Shown: positions 27,802 through 37,734 of the stretch, in pieces
How the letters are laid out: the number at the start of each line of letters is the position of its first letter
Position numbering within the stretch: position 1 is the first letter of the stretch
The notes under the pieces: model-generated
Databases searched by the model: none
What the model saw: only the letters and a program-made list of their open reading frames with translations
Told to the model about the DNA's origin: nothing
Translations under genes and position numbers: made by a program
Assembly (NCBI GenBank): GCA_964480705.1
Contig: CAYZPC010000002.1
Span: 22,254 to 86,253 of the forward strand
Source of the DNA: an uncultured archaeon
GTDB lineage: Archaea > Iainarchaeota > Iainarchaeia > Iainarchaeales > VGJJ01
Direction: 5' to 3'
Length of the DNA: 64,000 nt

Positions 27802-27890
27802 GCGCCAAAAGACCGAGTTTGAGAATAAAAAAGAACTGTTTAAACGTGAAAAAAAGTGTAGGAAAAAGGTTTCCCTTTTTCCTTAGGTAT

Positions 27891-28691
27891 TTACTGTTTT
27901 CGTCCGCGCCAGGCAAATATGCCAAACACAAGGAGCACGAGCAGTCCTAACCAGGGTAGGTTGGCGCCGGTGAATAGTCCTGTGAGTGATGCAGTGGTTG
28001 CCGCGGGGGCGGGAGCAAATACTTCTTCTGGAACACTTCTTCCATCGGCCTGTCCAATGATGAGGGGATTAGGACCCGTTTCGGTTAGTTCGATGGGAAT
28101 AGGATTAGTCACGAGTGTCCCTGCGCTTGGATTGCTCGGCTTCACCGGGCCCACGACCCATAATGGGTTGAATGAAAAGAGCGGGGTGAATTCTTCTTCC
28201 GGAGAATTTTCTTCGGGTTGAATTGGGGGCTCGGGCTGCGGCTGGCAGAATACCGTATCGGCTGCTAAGCATGGATCAATGGGGCATCCGATAGTGTCAC
28301 TGACAGTACATGGTGCAGGAGATGGAGGCACGGGTCCGACGGGCACACACCCGCCAGGAACAGTGCACGGGTCATTATTTCCGGTCGAAACTATTTTGGG
28401 AGTGCGGTGTTTTCGTCCCGACTCTGCCGGAACTATTTCTACCGCGTCAACAGCAGAATCATTTATCGAATTAATTTTACTTTCATTTTGTTTTTCATCT
28501 ACGGTTTCATTTTCATTTATTTTTTCAGTTGAGTTTGTTGTTTCACTCGCGTCAGAAGAATTAGTTTCCGAAGGTGTTGCTTCGTTTTCTGCTGACGAGG
28601 AAGTAGCGTCGCTGGTCACTTCTTGCGCGTGAACAGTGGAGAATAGTGTCGCCATCACAAGTAATAGAATTACAAATGTTATTTGTCTCAT
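27891..28691 (-). CDS. secreted Ser/Thr/Pro-rich protein with Cys-Pro cluster and C-terminal TM anchor ending in RGRKQ
   Basis: Start at MRQITFVILLLVMATLFSTVHA (GGAGGT 7 nt upstream); C-terminus LPWLGLLVLLVFGIFAWRGRKQ resembles archaeosortase-type sorting signals. Confidence 0.55.
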   Translation of the reverse strand: MRQITFVILLLVMATLFSTVHAQEVTSDATSSSAENEATPSETNSSDASETTNSTEKINENETVDEKQNESKINSINDSAVDAVEIVPAESGRKHRTPKIVSTGNNDPCTVPGGCVPVGPVPPSPAPCTVSDTIGCPIDPCLAADTVFCQPQPEPPIQPEENSPEEEFTPLFSFNPLWVVGPVKPSNPSAGTLVTNPIPIELTETGPNPLIIGQADGRSVPEEVFAPAPAATTASLTGLFTGANLPWLGLLVLLVFGIFAWRGRKQ

Positions 28692-28778
28692 GCAATTACC
28701 TCCAGTAATATACCGAGTGTGCGTCAATACCTGTTTTAATGAATCGGAAAAATGGTCGTATTAAGTGCGTTAACTCGC

Positions 28779-29723
28779 TTACCATTTTCCTCCGGCTCCA
28801 CCGCCGCCACTCATTCCTCCGCCGAAGCCTCCGCCTCCTCCTCCAAATCCGCCCGTTCCTCCAAACCCACCTCTGCCAAATCCTCCGAATCCAGTTCCAG
28901 ATGTTGCGGCGGCAGCCAAACTGGTTACGAGAGGATGTCCTGTGATGACAAAATAGAGAAAAATAAGCGCCACGGCGGTGAGACCGTAGAATGTTCCAAA
29001 TAGAAAAAGAGTAACAAAACCAATGAAGCCCGTCATCCATATTCCCATGAAGAAAAGCAAAAAGGCGTTAGGGATAATGAGCGCACGCGGCAGGGATTTT
29101 TTTTGAATTGTTTGATAGATGCGAAACAGCGCGGCGAAAAATAAAATAATCACTGCAAAAATAAGTGTGAAACCCAATCCGAATAATTCACTATTTTCAA
29201 ACGGGTCTGTTTCCTCATACTTTGACACCACGCTCGGATCATTTCGAATGTATGATTCCGCTTCACTCACTACCGCATTAATTCCATTCCCGTATTCTCC
29301 TGCACGAAAATTCGGAACCAAAATCTCTCGGCCCATTCGGCCTAACACAATGTCGGGCAACGTTCCTTCCAAACCATACCCTGTTTGAAAAAAATATTCG
29401 CGGTCATTTAGTGAAACGAGAATCAGCAGTCCATTATCCACGTCCGCTTGTCCAATTTTCCATGTGTCAAATACGCGTCCGGCGTAGAGAGAAACATCTT
29501 CCCCCTCCAGTGAGGGAATGGTAAGCACGGCAATCTCCACACTCGTATCTGTTTCTAATTGCTGCAAGCGTTGCTCGAGCGCGCTTTCGTATTCTCGCAA
29601 TATTCCCGCGTCATCGCGCACAAAACCATCCGGAGATGGAACATCGAGCGCGTGCACGCTGGATAATGTAAAAAGTGAAATGAAAATAAAAAAAAGAATA
29701 AGGGGAATGTTTTTCACAAACAT
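28779..29723 (-). CDS. TPM-domain (TLP18.3/Psb32/MOLO-1; YgcG-like) membrane protein with Gly-rich C-terminal tail
   Basis: Signal/TM, DDAGIL...LEQRL..L......IAVLT..SL TPM motif, 4 TM helices, tail GFGGFGRGGFGGTGGFGGGGGGFGGG. Confidence 0.75.
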   Translation of the reverse strand: MFVKNIPLILFFIFISLFTLSSVHALDVPSPDGFVRDDAGILREYESALEQRLQQLETDTSVEIAVLTIPSLEGEDVSLYAGRVFDTWKIGQADVDNGLLILVSLNDREYFFQTGYGLEGTLPDIVLGRMGREILVPNFRAGEYGNGINAVVSEAESYIRNDPSVVSKYEETDPFENSELFGLGFTLIFAVIILFFAALFRIYQTIQKKSLPRALIIPNAFLLFFMGIWMTGFIGFVTLFLFGTFYGLTAVALIFLYFVITGHPLVTSLAAAATSGTGFGGFGRGGFGGTGGFGGGGGGFGGGMSGGGGAGGKW

Positions 29724-29729
29724 TCCTCC

Positions 29730-30323
29730 TTACGAAAAGTCGCTTGGAACCGTTGGAACGGTGCTCGCTCCTTCATCTGATTTGAAGAAGGGTTTGGGCG
29801 CATTTCCACCTACAAAAATACTATTGGGAATGAGAGAAATGTAGATGTTGTATTCTCCCACCGTCTCGTTGTAGCGTGTGCGTTCCGTGCTGATGCGATT
29901 TTCCGTTCCTTCTAATTGCACCATCAAATCTTGAAACGCGGCAGTGGCTTTCAACTCGGGATAATTTTCCGTAATCACGAGCAATTTTGAAAGTGTTGAC
30001 TCAAATTGATTCGCCGTGTTGATTCGGTCATTCACATTTGTTTGTGTTTGCCACTGCGAGCGCAATGCTGTTAATTCAGTAAGCGTATCTTGCTCAAATC
30101 CTGCAACGCCTTTTACTGTGTTCACTAAATTTGGAATTAAATCGAAGCGTCGTTGATATTGTACTTCTACATTTGCCCATGCCCCGTTCACTTGTTGTTC
30201 GCGGATGGTTTCTCCATTGTATATTCCTACAACCCACATTCCAAGAATGAGTACGATAACAATTCCCGCGGCCAATGGTGCCCAGGATGGTAGTTGATTA
30301 TTTTTTTCAGCCATGATTAACAC
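29730..30323 (-). CDS. lemA: LemA-family membrane protein
   Basis: N-terminal TM then ...QYQRRFDLIPNLVNTVKGVAGFEQDTL...LRSQW LemA signature; 6-bp gap to TPM gene. Confidence 0.8.
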   Translation of the reverse strand: MLIMAEKNNQLPSWAPLAAGIVIVLILGMWVVGIYNGETIREQQVNGAWANVEVQYQRRFDLIPNLVNTVKGVAGFEQDTLTELTALRSQWQTQTNVNDRINTANQFESTLSKLLVITENYPELKATAAFQDLMVQLEGTENRISTERTRYNETVGEYNIYISLIPNSIFVGGNAPKPFFKSDEGASTVPTVPSDFS

Positions 30324-30437
30324 CCCTTACAGTAGCACTGTGTTTTCAGTGTTAAAAAATGGCGGGGTAAAATGCGATAAAAAGAGTGAAAAAAAAGATA
30401 AGGATGGGCTTTCGCCCATTCCTTGTTTTATTTTAAT

Positions 30438-30809
30438 TTAATGACCGGAGGCCATATTCCACACGGCTTTGATTCCCACAATTACTGCGGCGGGAGCCAT
30501 GAGGCTGGCGATGTTGGCGAAGATGCTTCCGAGCATGCTTCCAACCGTCGGGATGAGAGCCCAATTAACGCTTCCTGCTACGAGCAATGCGACCACTGCC
30601 ACTAAGAAGGATGTAATTTCTTTGTCGCTAATATTGAGCAATCCGATGATGATTCCCAAAATGACGAAGACTAATGGCAAGGTACTGGCAAATCCGCCAA
30701 AGACACCTGAACCCAAGAGTCCGATAATGATGGCCAACACCACTCCGATGATGAAAGCCCAAGAACCGTATTTTTGATCGATCATGGTTGAGACACCTCC
30801 TCGTGTCAA
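30438..30809 (-). CDS. small polytopic membrane protein (123 aa, ~4 TM)
   Basis: ORF track; hydrophobic, Gly/Ile/Leu-rich. Confidence 0.45.
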   Translation of the reverse strand: MTRGGVSTMIDQKYGSWAFIIGVVLAIIIGLLGSGVFGGFASTLPLVFVILGIIIGLLNISDKEITSFLVAVVALLVAGSVNWALIPTVGSMLGSIFANIASLMAPAAVIVGIKAVWNMASGH

Positions 30810-30974
30810 ACTAAACTAACCCTGCAAGTGATGGTTTAAAAGAAAAACGTCAAACGCACAACTATTGTTCGGCGATGGGCGTAATTATGTGGTTAGTTAA
30901 TGATGCAAAAAAATGTAAATATTCGAAGAAGACGATAAAAAAAATAGTTAAAAAAAATTAGAATAAAATCGACT

Positions 30975-31286
30975 TCACTTGTCTTTGAAATCGATTTTGA
31001 TTTGAACATCTTCGGGAATGTCAATTCGCATTACTCGGCGTAACGTACGATCGTCTGATTCGACATCGATCATTCGCTTGTGCACGCGCATCTGCCATCG
31101 CTCATATGTTTCTGTTCCACCGCCACAAGGTGACTTGCGCGTGGGGATGAGCAATTTTTTCGTGGGCAAGGGGATAACACCCGAGTGTTTTACTCCGGTT
31201 TTATCCGCAACGTCCACAATTTTTCCGCAGATGTCGGACAAGGTGTCGTAGCTCGGGCTTGTTAATGTGATTCGGGCTTTTTGCAT
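30975..31286 (-). CDS. rps10: 30S ribosomal protein uS10
   Basis: KARITLTSPSYDTLSDICGKIVDVADKTGVKHSGVIPLPTK... Confidence 0.9.
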   Translation of the reverse strand: MQKARITLTSPSYDTLSDICGKIVDVADKTGVKHSGVIPLPTKKLLIPTRKSPCGGGTETYERWQMRVHKRMIDVESDDRTLRRVMRIDIPEDVQIKIDFKDK

Positions 31287-31323
31287 ATCAGTTTCACCTT
31301 GTTCCGTTTTTCATCCAAAGAAA

Positions 31324-32592
31324 TTATTCGCGGGGCGTGACCTTCAACACGACTCCCGCTGCGACTGTTTGTCCCATGTCTCGAACAGCAAATCGTCCGA
31401 GCGAGGGGAAGAGTTTGAATTCTTCAACCACCAAAGGCTTCTGCGGAATGATTTTCACTAACGCAGCGTCTCCGGCTTTCAAGAACTTGGGGTTCTCTTC
31501 TTGCACGGCACCCGTCTTCGGGTCCATTCGCTTCTTCAATTCTGCTAATGTGCAGGACATCTGAGCGGTGTGCATGTGGAACACAGGCGTGTATCCCACA
31601 GGGATGGCTGTCGGATGGTTCAACACGACAATTTGGGCTTCGAAGTCTTTCGCAACCATAGGGGGGTGTGTTTGGTGTCCAACCACATCTCCGCGGTTAC
31701 AATCCTTTCGTTCCAATCCACGCACGTTGAATCCGATGTTGTCACCGGGAAGTGCTTGCGGTAATTGTTCGTGGTGGGCTTCAAGAGACTTGACTTCTCC
31801 GACTGCCTTTGAGGGCATGAAGATAATCTTGTCGTTGGGCTTGATGATTCCCGTTTCTACTCGTCCAACAGGCACTGTTCCAACTCCCTTAATGGAGTAG
31901 ACATCCTGAATGGGCAAGCGCAAGGGCTTGTCGGTAGGCAATTTTGGAGCGGACAATGAATCCAATCGTTCTAACAACGTGGGACCGGTGTACCAGGGCA
32001 TGTTGGTGCTTTTCTTAGCAACATTATCTCCCATCCACGCGGACACGGGGACGACTAAGAATTGTTCGTCGCGGAATCCGGCCATCTTTACAAGTTTGGT
32101 GGCTTCTTCTTTCACGCGTTTGAAGTCTTCTTCTTTGTATCCCATTTCATCCATCTTGTTGATGGCAACGGTGAGTTGTTTGATTCCCATCACGTTGGCC
32201 AAGAAAGCGTGTTCCTTGGTTTGCATCTGAGGACCGTCTTTACACGAGATAACCAAAACAGCGGCATCTGCTTGAGATGTTCCTGTAATCATGTTCTTGA
32301 CGAAGTCTCTGTGTCCAGGCGCGTCAATAATCGTGAAGTTGTTGTTCTTTCCAGCAAATTTCTTGTAGGAAACGTCAATCGTAACTCCGCGTTCGCGTTC
32401 TTCTTTCAAATTATCCATGACGTAAGCGAAGGCAAATGAACCTTTTCCTCGGGCATCGGCTTCTTCCTTAATTTTGCGGTATTCGTTTTCCGCTAATGCT
32501 CCTGAATCGTACAGGAATCGTCCAACTAATGTGGATTTACCATGGTCGACGTGACCAATGAAAATTAAATTGATATGGGGCTTTTCTGCCAT
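31324..32592 (-). CDS. tuf: translation elongation factor 1-alpha (aEF-1A)
   Basis: [18 protein letters not shown] GTPase motifs; 422 aa. Confidence 0.95.
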   Translation of the reverse strand: MAEKPHINLIFIGHVDHGKSTLVGRFLYDSGALAENEYRKIKEEADARGKGSFAFAYVMDNLKEERERGVTIDVSYKKFAGKNNNFTIIDAPGHRDFVKNMITGTSQADAAVLVISCKDGPQMQTKEHAFLANVMGIKQLTVAINKMDEMGYKEEDFKRVKEEATKLVKMAGFRDEQFLVVPVSAWMGDNVAKKSTNMPWYTGPTLLERLDSLSAPKLPTDKPLRLPIQDVYSIKGVGTVPVGRVETGIIKPNDKIIFMPSKAVGEVKSLEAHHEQLPQALPGDNIGFNVRGLERKDCNRGDVVGHQTHPPMVAKDFEAQIVVLNHPTAIPVGYTPVFHMHTAQMSCTLAELKKRMDPKTGAVQEENPKFLKAGDAALVKIIPQKPLVVEEFKLFPSLGRFAVRDMGQTVAAGVVLKVTPRE

Positions 32593-32740
32593 TTTTTATT
32601 CCTCCAGAACCTTTTTGTTGTTTGCAACCAACACTAAAGGGGAATTGCCACCCTTTCCGGCGCGGTATAAAACAAAAACCCCGGGCAACCATTTAAATAG
32701 GTAATGGGCGCAAAACGCGCAAAAGACCTTCCAAAGAAGG

Positions 32741-34237
32741 TTAGGGAGCCAATTTAGTAAATGTCACGGGCACCCGTACGAGGTTTCGGCGCAAGCCCCA
32801 CCCGCCCGGGTTGTGATTGTCTTGGTTCTGCATCCAGTACAAATACACCGTGTCATTGGCCGTTTCAAAATTTCGGCTCGTGGAATCGTGGTCGATGATA
32901 GATGGATATGCTTCTTGGTCGATGCTCAATGCTTGCTGGGCGAGTGTGGGGTTGTCGCACGGCGGCCATCCTAAAACGGTTTCACGCAACAAGTGGGGTT
33001 TGCTCCACGTGATCAAATCACTAGACAGAATATACCAGAATCCGCACGTCAAAACCCCTGCGTCATTGTTCAACGTAGCTGCGCCCACGATCATGTACCG
33101 TTGCAAATACGTGTTGTACGTCAAGCTTCCATTCAGCGAACCATTTTTGGGCAGCACCACGGGAGTACAGAATAAATCCTGCGGATTTGCCGGTTCATTC
33201 GGATACGGATTAGTAAGTGGAATCGAAAAACTTTCTCCATTCCAAAATTTCCAGGAGGAAGGATCGCTCAAATTATTCGTGCGCATCACACACGCCACAT
33301 CATCTCCTCCTTTTGGATTAGACAAGCGCCGCACCATCGCGTAATAGAATCCATCTTCTCGTTTCACAATGGTGGAGGGTTCCATGTACCCGTACGGCGC
33401 GGGTCGGTCAAATTTTTGCAAGCGCTGATTGTAATTTCCCGAGTTCGCATCCCACTGCAGAGGGAGGATGGCCACCAAATGGTTGGGGCTGGTAGGTTGA
33501 GTAAACGTGTGTCCGCCGTCCGTTGAGCGCGCGTAGGAAATAAAATTATACCAGCATCGGTTGCTCGGATCGGTAACACCAGGCAGGCACAATGGAGAGT
33601 AGGGGTCGTGATACTCGTTGTGCACGAGCGCATGAATGGTTTTTCCATCTTCCGTGTATGTGGGACCGACCCACTCTTGATGGTCAAATGTTTCAACCGG
33701 CCATTTATCTCCGCTGCGCAGCACGGGTGTGCAGTCTCGGTGCAAATCATTGAAAGTAGTGCCGTACATCCAATAATTATCCGGCGCGTTTCCTGATGCG
33801 AGAACTAATTCTCCGAGATGATTGCGAAAGGGATGCGCCACCATGTCGGGCAAATCCATTTGAGCGCACGCATCTTCTTGATAATCAAAAACCGTTTCTT
33901 CGCTACCGAGGGTGAGCGTGAGTGGAACATCCGCAGCTTCTTCTGGAGTAATCACACGGCAGTCTGCGGCGCATAATATTTCATTTTCAATTCCTTCGCA
34001 CACACCATCTCCGCACACGGGAACGGGTGGAGAAACACACGTTTGAATAGTAGCAGGTTTGTTCACGGTTGTTCCGCAGGCATTGGCATCCGAGCATGCG
34101 CGTGTTTGAGAATTATTTTCGCAGGTTGACCAATCGTTACACGACCAATTTTCCGTACATGATTCCGGCGGCGTCACGCATCCGGAAATAAAAATGAGTA
34201 AAATGAATGAAAAAAATAGAATGGGGCGCGGGAACAT
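32741..34237 (-). CDS. secreted Cys-rich protein with an Asp-box (BNR-like SxDxGxTF) motif, possibly a beta-propeller glycosidase-like fold; probable lipoprotein
   Basis: Start at MFPRPILFFSFILLIFISGC (upstream 70 codons of the track ORF overlap EF-2); 12 Cys in first 80 mature residues; YARSTDGGHTF; many Trp. Confidence 0.5.
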   Translation of the reverse strand: MFPRPILFFSFILLIFISGCVTPPESCTENWSCNDWSTCENNSQTRACSDANACGTTVNKPATIQTCVSPPVPVCGDGVCEGIENEILCAADCRVITPEEAADVPLTLTLGSEETVFDYQEDACAQMDLPDMVAHPFRNHLGELVLASGNAPDNYWMYGTTFNDLHRDCTPVLRSGDKWPVETFDHQEWVGPTYTEDGKTIHALVHNEYHDPYSPLCLPGVTDPSNRCWYNFISYARSTDGGHTFTQPTSPNHLVAILPLQWDANSGNYNQRLQKFDRPAPYGYMEPSTIVKREDGFYYAMVRRLSNPKGGDDVACVMRTNNLSDPSSWKFWNGESFSIPLTNPYPNEPANPQDLFCTPVVLPKNGSLNGSLTYNTYLQRYMIVGAATLNNDAGVLTCGFWYILSSDLITWSKPHLLRETVLGWPPCDNPTLAQQALSIDQEAYPSIIDHDSTSRNFETANDTVYLYWMQNQDNHNPGGWGLRRNLVRVPVTFTKLAP

Positions 34238-34274
34238 GAGTGTTCCACGCGCTCCCTGATTATTAATGCTTGCT

Positions 34275-36467
34275 TTATTCGAGGAAGAAATGATACGCCT
34301 TGACTTCGGGGTCCATTCCTTTTCGCTTTCGCACTTCTTCAACCGTTTTGCGCTGCAATTCAGGAGGCAAAATTTCATATCCGTGATATTCAGCTGTCCA
34401 AATAACACGTCCTTGTGCCGCACCACGAATGGCTTGAGAGAATCCAATTAATTCTTTCACGGGCGCGAGTCCAATAATAATCGTCGCGTCTCCTTCGTTT
34501 TTGATTTCAGTGATTTGCGTGCGTCGCTGCTGCAATTCTTTACTCACGGCACCCATGTATTCTTCAGGGGTGGTGATTGTGAGCAATTGTTTTGGTTCTT
34601 GCAACACTGCTTTGGCCGCGAGCATACACGCGAAAATCGTGCGTGACACCACTGGAATAATTTGCGAGGGACCGCGATGGATAGCGTCTTCGTGGAGTTT
34701 TGCATCCACTAATGTGACCTTCACGCCGTGGACTTCTTCCTTGGCAAGAGGGCCGCCGTGCATAGCTTCTTGGAATCCCTGAATCACGAGTTCGCGGATT
34801 TCGTGCAAGGCTTGAATTCCTTTGGTTCCATCCACGAGCAAATTGTAGTTTTCAATCGCCCATACTTTTTTGGATTCGTCAATGTCGATTCCCGCATTCT
34901 GGAATTTTTCAATCCATTCTTTGTCTTTCAACTTGACTTTTCCTTGAACTTTGTTTTCAATTAACTTGTTTTGAATTTCGGCAGGAATGGGTTCAACCAT
35001 CATCAACAATTTGTTGTGCTTGTTGGGAGACTTTCCTTCCAATTCGGGAGAAGTTCCTGTGATGGTTTCGTGATACACCACAATCGGCGGAGACACGGTA
35101 ATTCCAACGCCGTGTGTTTTCTCAATACGGTATTGGTTGATTTCCAAGTGCAATTCTCCCATTCCCGAAAGTAAATGTTCTCCGGTTGTTTGGTTGATGC
35201 TTGCTCGAAGGTTAGGGTCTTCTTTCGTGAGCTGTCGAATCACTTCAATCAACTTAGGCAAGTCCTTTGTTTGCTTGGCTTCGATTGAAACCGTAATAAC
35301 CGGTTCAACGTTTGTTTTGAATGATTCAAATTCGCGCATTTCTTCTTCAGCAACGGTTTGTCCAGCGTATGCTTCGCGCAAACCCACAATCGCTCCAATG
35401 GAGCCGGCAGGAATGGCTTCTACTTCCACGAATTCGGGCCCCATGTACACTCCCACGCGGTTAATCTGAGCTTCTTTTTGCGACCCAACGAGTTTCACTT
35501 TCACTCCTTTTTTGAGTGTTCCAGAGTACACGCGTCCAGTGGCAATGTCTCCCGCGTGCGGGTCTACTGAAACATCGGTAACCATCATGGCAACGGGACC
35601 ATTTTGGTTGCATGCAATCATGGACTTTCCAACTTCACTTTCTTGTTCGCCTGTCCAAATAACGGGTGTGCGGTATTTTTGTGCTTCCGTGGGGTTGGGC
35701 AAATGTTTGACGACCATTTCAAAGATGGTGTCTTCGAGCGGTGATTTTTGTGCCAATTCTTTTTGCTTGTCTGTTTTCATTAAATCGTACACTTGTTTGA
35801 AATTAATTCCCGTGCGTGCCATGGAGGTGATGGACACAGCCCAGTGGTTGTATGCACTACCAAAGCAAACGCTTCCATTTCCGGGATTGACTTGCCATAA
35901 TTCTTCTTTTCCGGCGGGGGCGTTTTTTCGAATGAGATTGTTAACTTGTGTGATTGTTTTCACGAAGCGTTTTTGCATTTCGGCTTCATCCACTTGCAAT
36001 TCGTTGATGAGTCGGTCCACTTTGTTGATGAACAAGGTGGGTTTGACATTTTCGCGCAATGCTTGTCGAATAACGGTTTCGGTTTGAGGCATGACTCCTT
36101 CAACCGAGTCCACGACCAGAATGACTCCGTCCACGGCTCGCATGGCTCGGATAACTTCTCCACCGAAGTCCACGTGTCCGGGCGTGTCAATTAAGTTGAG
36201 CAAATATTGTTTTCCGTGCACCGTGGGAACAAGTGAGATGTTTGCCGCGTTGATGGTGATTCCGCGTTCTTGTTCTTGATCTTCAAAATCCATGAACTGC
36301 TGCTTTCCAGCGAGTTCTTTGTTGATGAGTCCGGCAGCCGCGATGAGGTTGTCAGAGAGAGTTGTCTTACCGTGATCGATGTGGGCAACGATTCCTAAGT
36401 TTCGGACATCTTGCTGTCCACCCATCAGTTTTTGTGCGGCTGCGGCCATTTCTTCTTTTCGACCCAT
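34275..36467 (-). CDS. fusA: translation elongation factor 2 (aEF-2)
   Basis: AHIDHGKTTL, DTPGHVDF GTPase motifs; domain IV loop DAIHRGPSQIIP. Confidence 0.95.
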   Translation of the reverse strand: MGRKEEMAAAAQKLMGGQQDVRNLGIVAHIDHGKTTLSDNLIAAAGLINKELAGKQQFMDFEDQEQERGITINAANISLVPTVHGKQYLLNLIDTPGHVDFGGEVIRAMRAVDGVILVVDSVEGVMPQTETVIRQALRENVKPTLFINKVDRLINELQVDEAEMQKRFVKTITQVNNLIRKNAPAGKEELWQVNPGNGSVCFGSAYNHWAVSITSMARTGINFKQVYDLMKTDKQKELAQKSPLEDTIFEMVVKHLPNPTEAQKYRTPVIWTGEQESEVGKSMIACNQNGPVAMMVTDVSVDPHAGDIATGRVYSGTLKKGVKVKLVGSQKEAQINRVGVYMGPEFVEVEAIPAGSIGAIVGLREAYAGQTVAEEEMREFESFKTNVEPVITVSIEAKQTKDLPKLIEVIRQLTKEDPNLRASINQTTGEHLLSGMGELHLEINQYRIEKTHGVGITVSPPIVVYHETITGTSPELEGKSPNKHNKLLMMVEPIPAEIQNKLIENKVQGKVKLKDKEWIEKFQNAGIDIDESKKVWAIENYNLLVDGTKGIQALHEIRELVIQGFQEAMHGGPLAKEEVHGVKVTLVDAKLHEDAIHRGPSQIIPVVSRTIFACMLAAKAVLQEPKQLLTITTPEEYMGAVSKELQQRRTQITEIKNEGDATIIIGLAPVKELIGFSQAIRGAAQGRVIWTAEYHGYEILPPELQRKTVEEVRKRKGMDPEVKAYHFFLE

Positions 36468-36679
36468 CGTAAATCACATCTCCAATCTTGAAACAAGTTT
36501 CCCCAAAAGGGGGGTTCAATACTCTAAAAGCCCGGAAGAACGTTTTTAAACGCGTGGCCAAGCCTGGCGAAAAAAACAAAATACTCCAAAACGCTGGCGT
36601 GTTTATCGCGCAGCCATTTGGTTAAGCTTTGCTCGCAAAGGTTGTCGCGAAGCCTTTTGATTAAACTTTTTCTAAAAGT

Positions 36680-37294
36680 TTATCGTGAGGCGAGTGCGAT
36701 TCGCTCAACTTCATTGCGGCGTTTGATGGACATCGCGTTGTTGTCGTCTTTCGCGGCTTGAACAAGTTCTTTGGCCAATGCTTCGGCGGCAGAGGTGTTG
36801 TTGTTGAAGCTTCCGTAGAATCCGGCGAGTGCAATGTTTTTCACACTTTCATCGACGCGTTTCATGGGTGCCACATCCACGGCTTGAGAGTAAGCGACTC
36901 CGCCTTTCTTCAATCGTGTAATGTCTTCGCGAGGGGCAGCGTTTTCGACTGCGCGCACGAGAATTTGTACCGGATTTTCTTTCGTTTGAGCGTGAACAAT
37001 ATCAAAAGCATCTTCTACAATGCGCATGGCTTGTAATTTTTTTCCGCAGCTTCCTCGACCGCGAATATATTTTCCGGAGAGTTTGCGTTTTCCTTGACCG
37101 GAGCGCATAATCTTGTTGACTAAACGTTCAACAATGTTGATTTTTTCTTTTCCAAATGCGCGTGTGGCACCTTTTCCGAATGTGTGGGGAACAATTTTAG
37201 GATTGAGAGCGATTTGTCGGACGAGTGTCTGGTCCTTCATCGTGATTCCGGTCACTTCCCATTTTCCAAAAACTTTTGTTTCCATGATTTTCAC
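36680..37294 (-). CDS. rps7: 30S ribosomal protein uS7
   Basis: ...ERLVNKIMRSGQGKRKLSGKYIRG... uS7 family. Confidence 0.9.
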   Translation of the reverse strand: MKIMETKVFGKWEVTGITMKDQTLVRQIALNPKIVPHTFGKGATRAFGKEKINIVERLVNKIMRSGQGKRKLSGKYIRGRGSCGKKLQAMRIVEDAFDIVHAQTKENPVQILVRAVENAAPREDITRLKKGGVAYSQAVDVAPMKRVDESVKNIALAGFYGSFNNNTSAAEALAKELVQAAKDDNNAMSIKRRNEVERIALASR

Positions 37295-37305
37295 ACTCTC
37301 AACAA

Positions 37306-37734
37306 TTATCGTTTAACCTTCTCTTTCTTACCCGTGCGGAGCATTTCTAATGATTGTCCGTTCACATGAGTAACGCGGTATTTGACTCCCCACTGCGAAC
37401 CGTATGGTCCACCTTGAGATCCGCCAATTCCTTCAATAATAACTTCATCGTGTTCATCCACAAACTTGATGGCACCATCGCGGGGGCAGAATGCGGTGAC
37501 TTGTTTTCCGTTCTTGATAAGCTGTACACGTACGCACTTCATGATACCTGAGTGCGGCTGCTTTTGGGTGACTCCCCGTTTTTCTAACACAATGGCTTTT
37601 GCTTGGGGCGCGCCTTCTAAGGGGTCGTGCTTCTCGCGCAATCGTAGAACGCGGCGTTTGTGGTACGGATCTTTCATCCGCCATTTGGCGCGTTTGTCTT
37701 CCAATTGTCGTGCTGCAAATTCACCTAGAGCCAT
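37306..37734 (-). CDS. rps12: 30S ribosomal protein uS12
   Basis: ...[42 protein letters not shown]... Confidence 0.9.
   Translation of the reverse strand: MALGEFAARQLEDKRAKWRMKDPYHKRRVLRLREKHDPLEGAPQAKAIVLEKRGVTQKQPHSGIMKCVRVQLIKNGKQVTAFCPRDGAIKFVDEHDEVIIEGIGGSQGGPYGSQWGVKYRVTHVNGQSLEMLRTGKKEKVKR

Noticed and set aside
34238-34447. N-terminal 70 codons of track ORF 32741..34447
   Set aside because: They overlap the EF-2 C-terminus in another frame. A signal-peptide Met at 34237 gives a proper start 37 bp after the EF-2 stop.
34275-36467. Possible non-canonical diphthamide loop in EF-2 (DAIHRGPSQIIP)
   Set aside because: Archaeal EF-2 commonly has HRGPAQ-type rather than the eukaryotic HRGGGQ. 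A single A-to-S change is near-canonical and not evidence of diphthamide loss.
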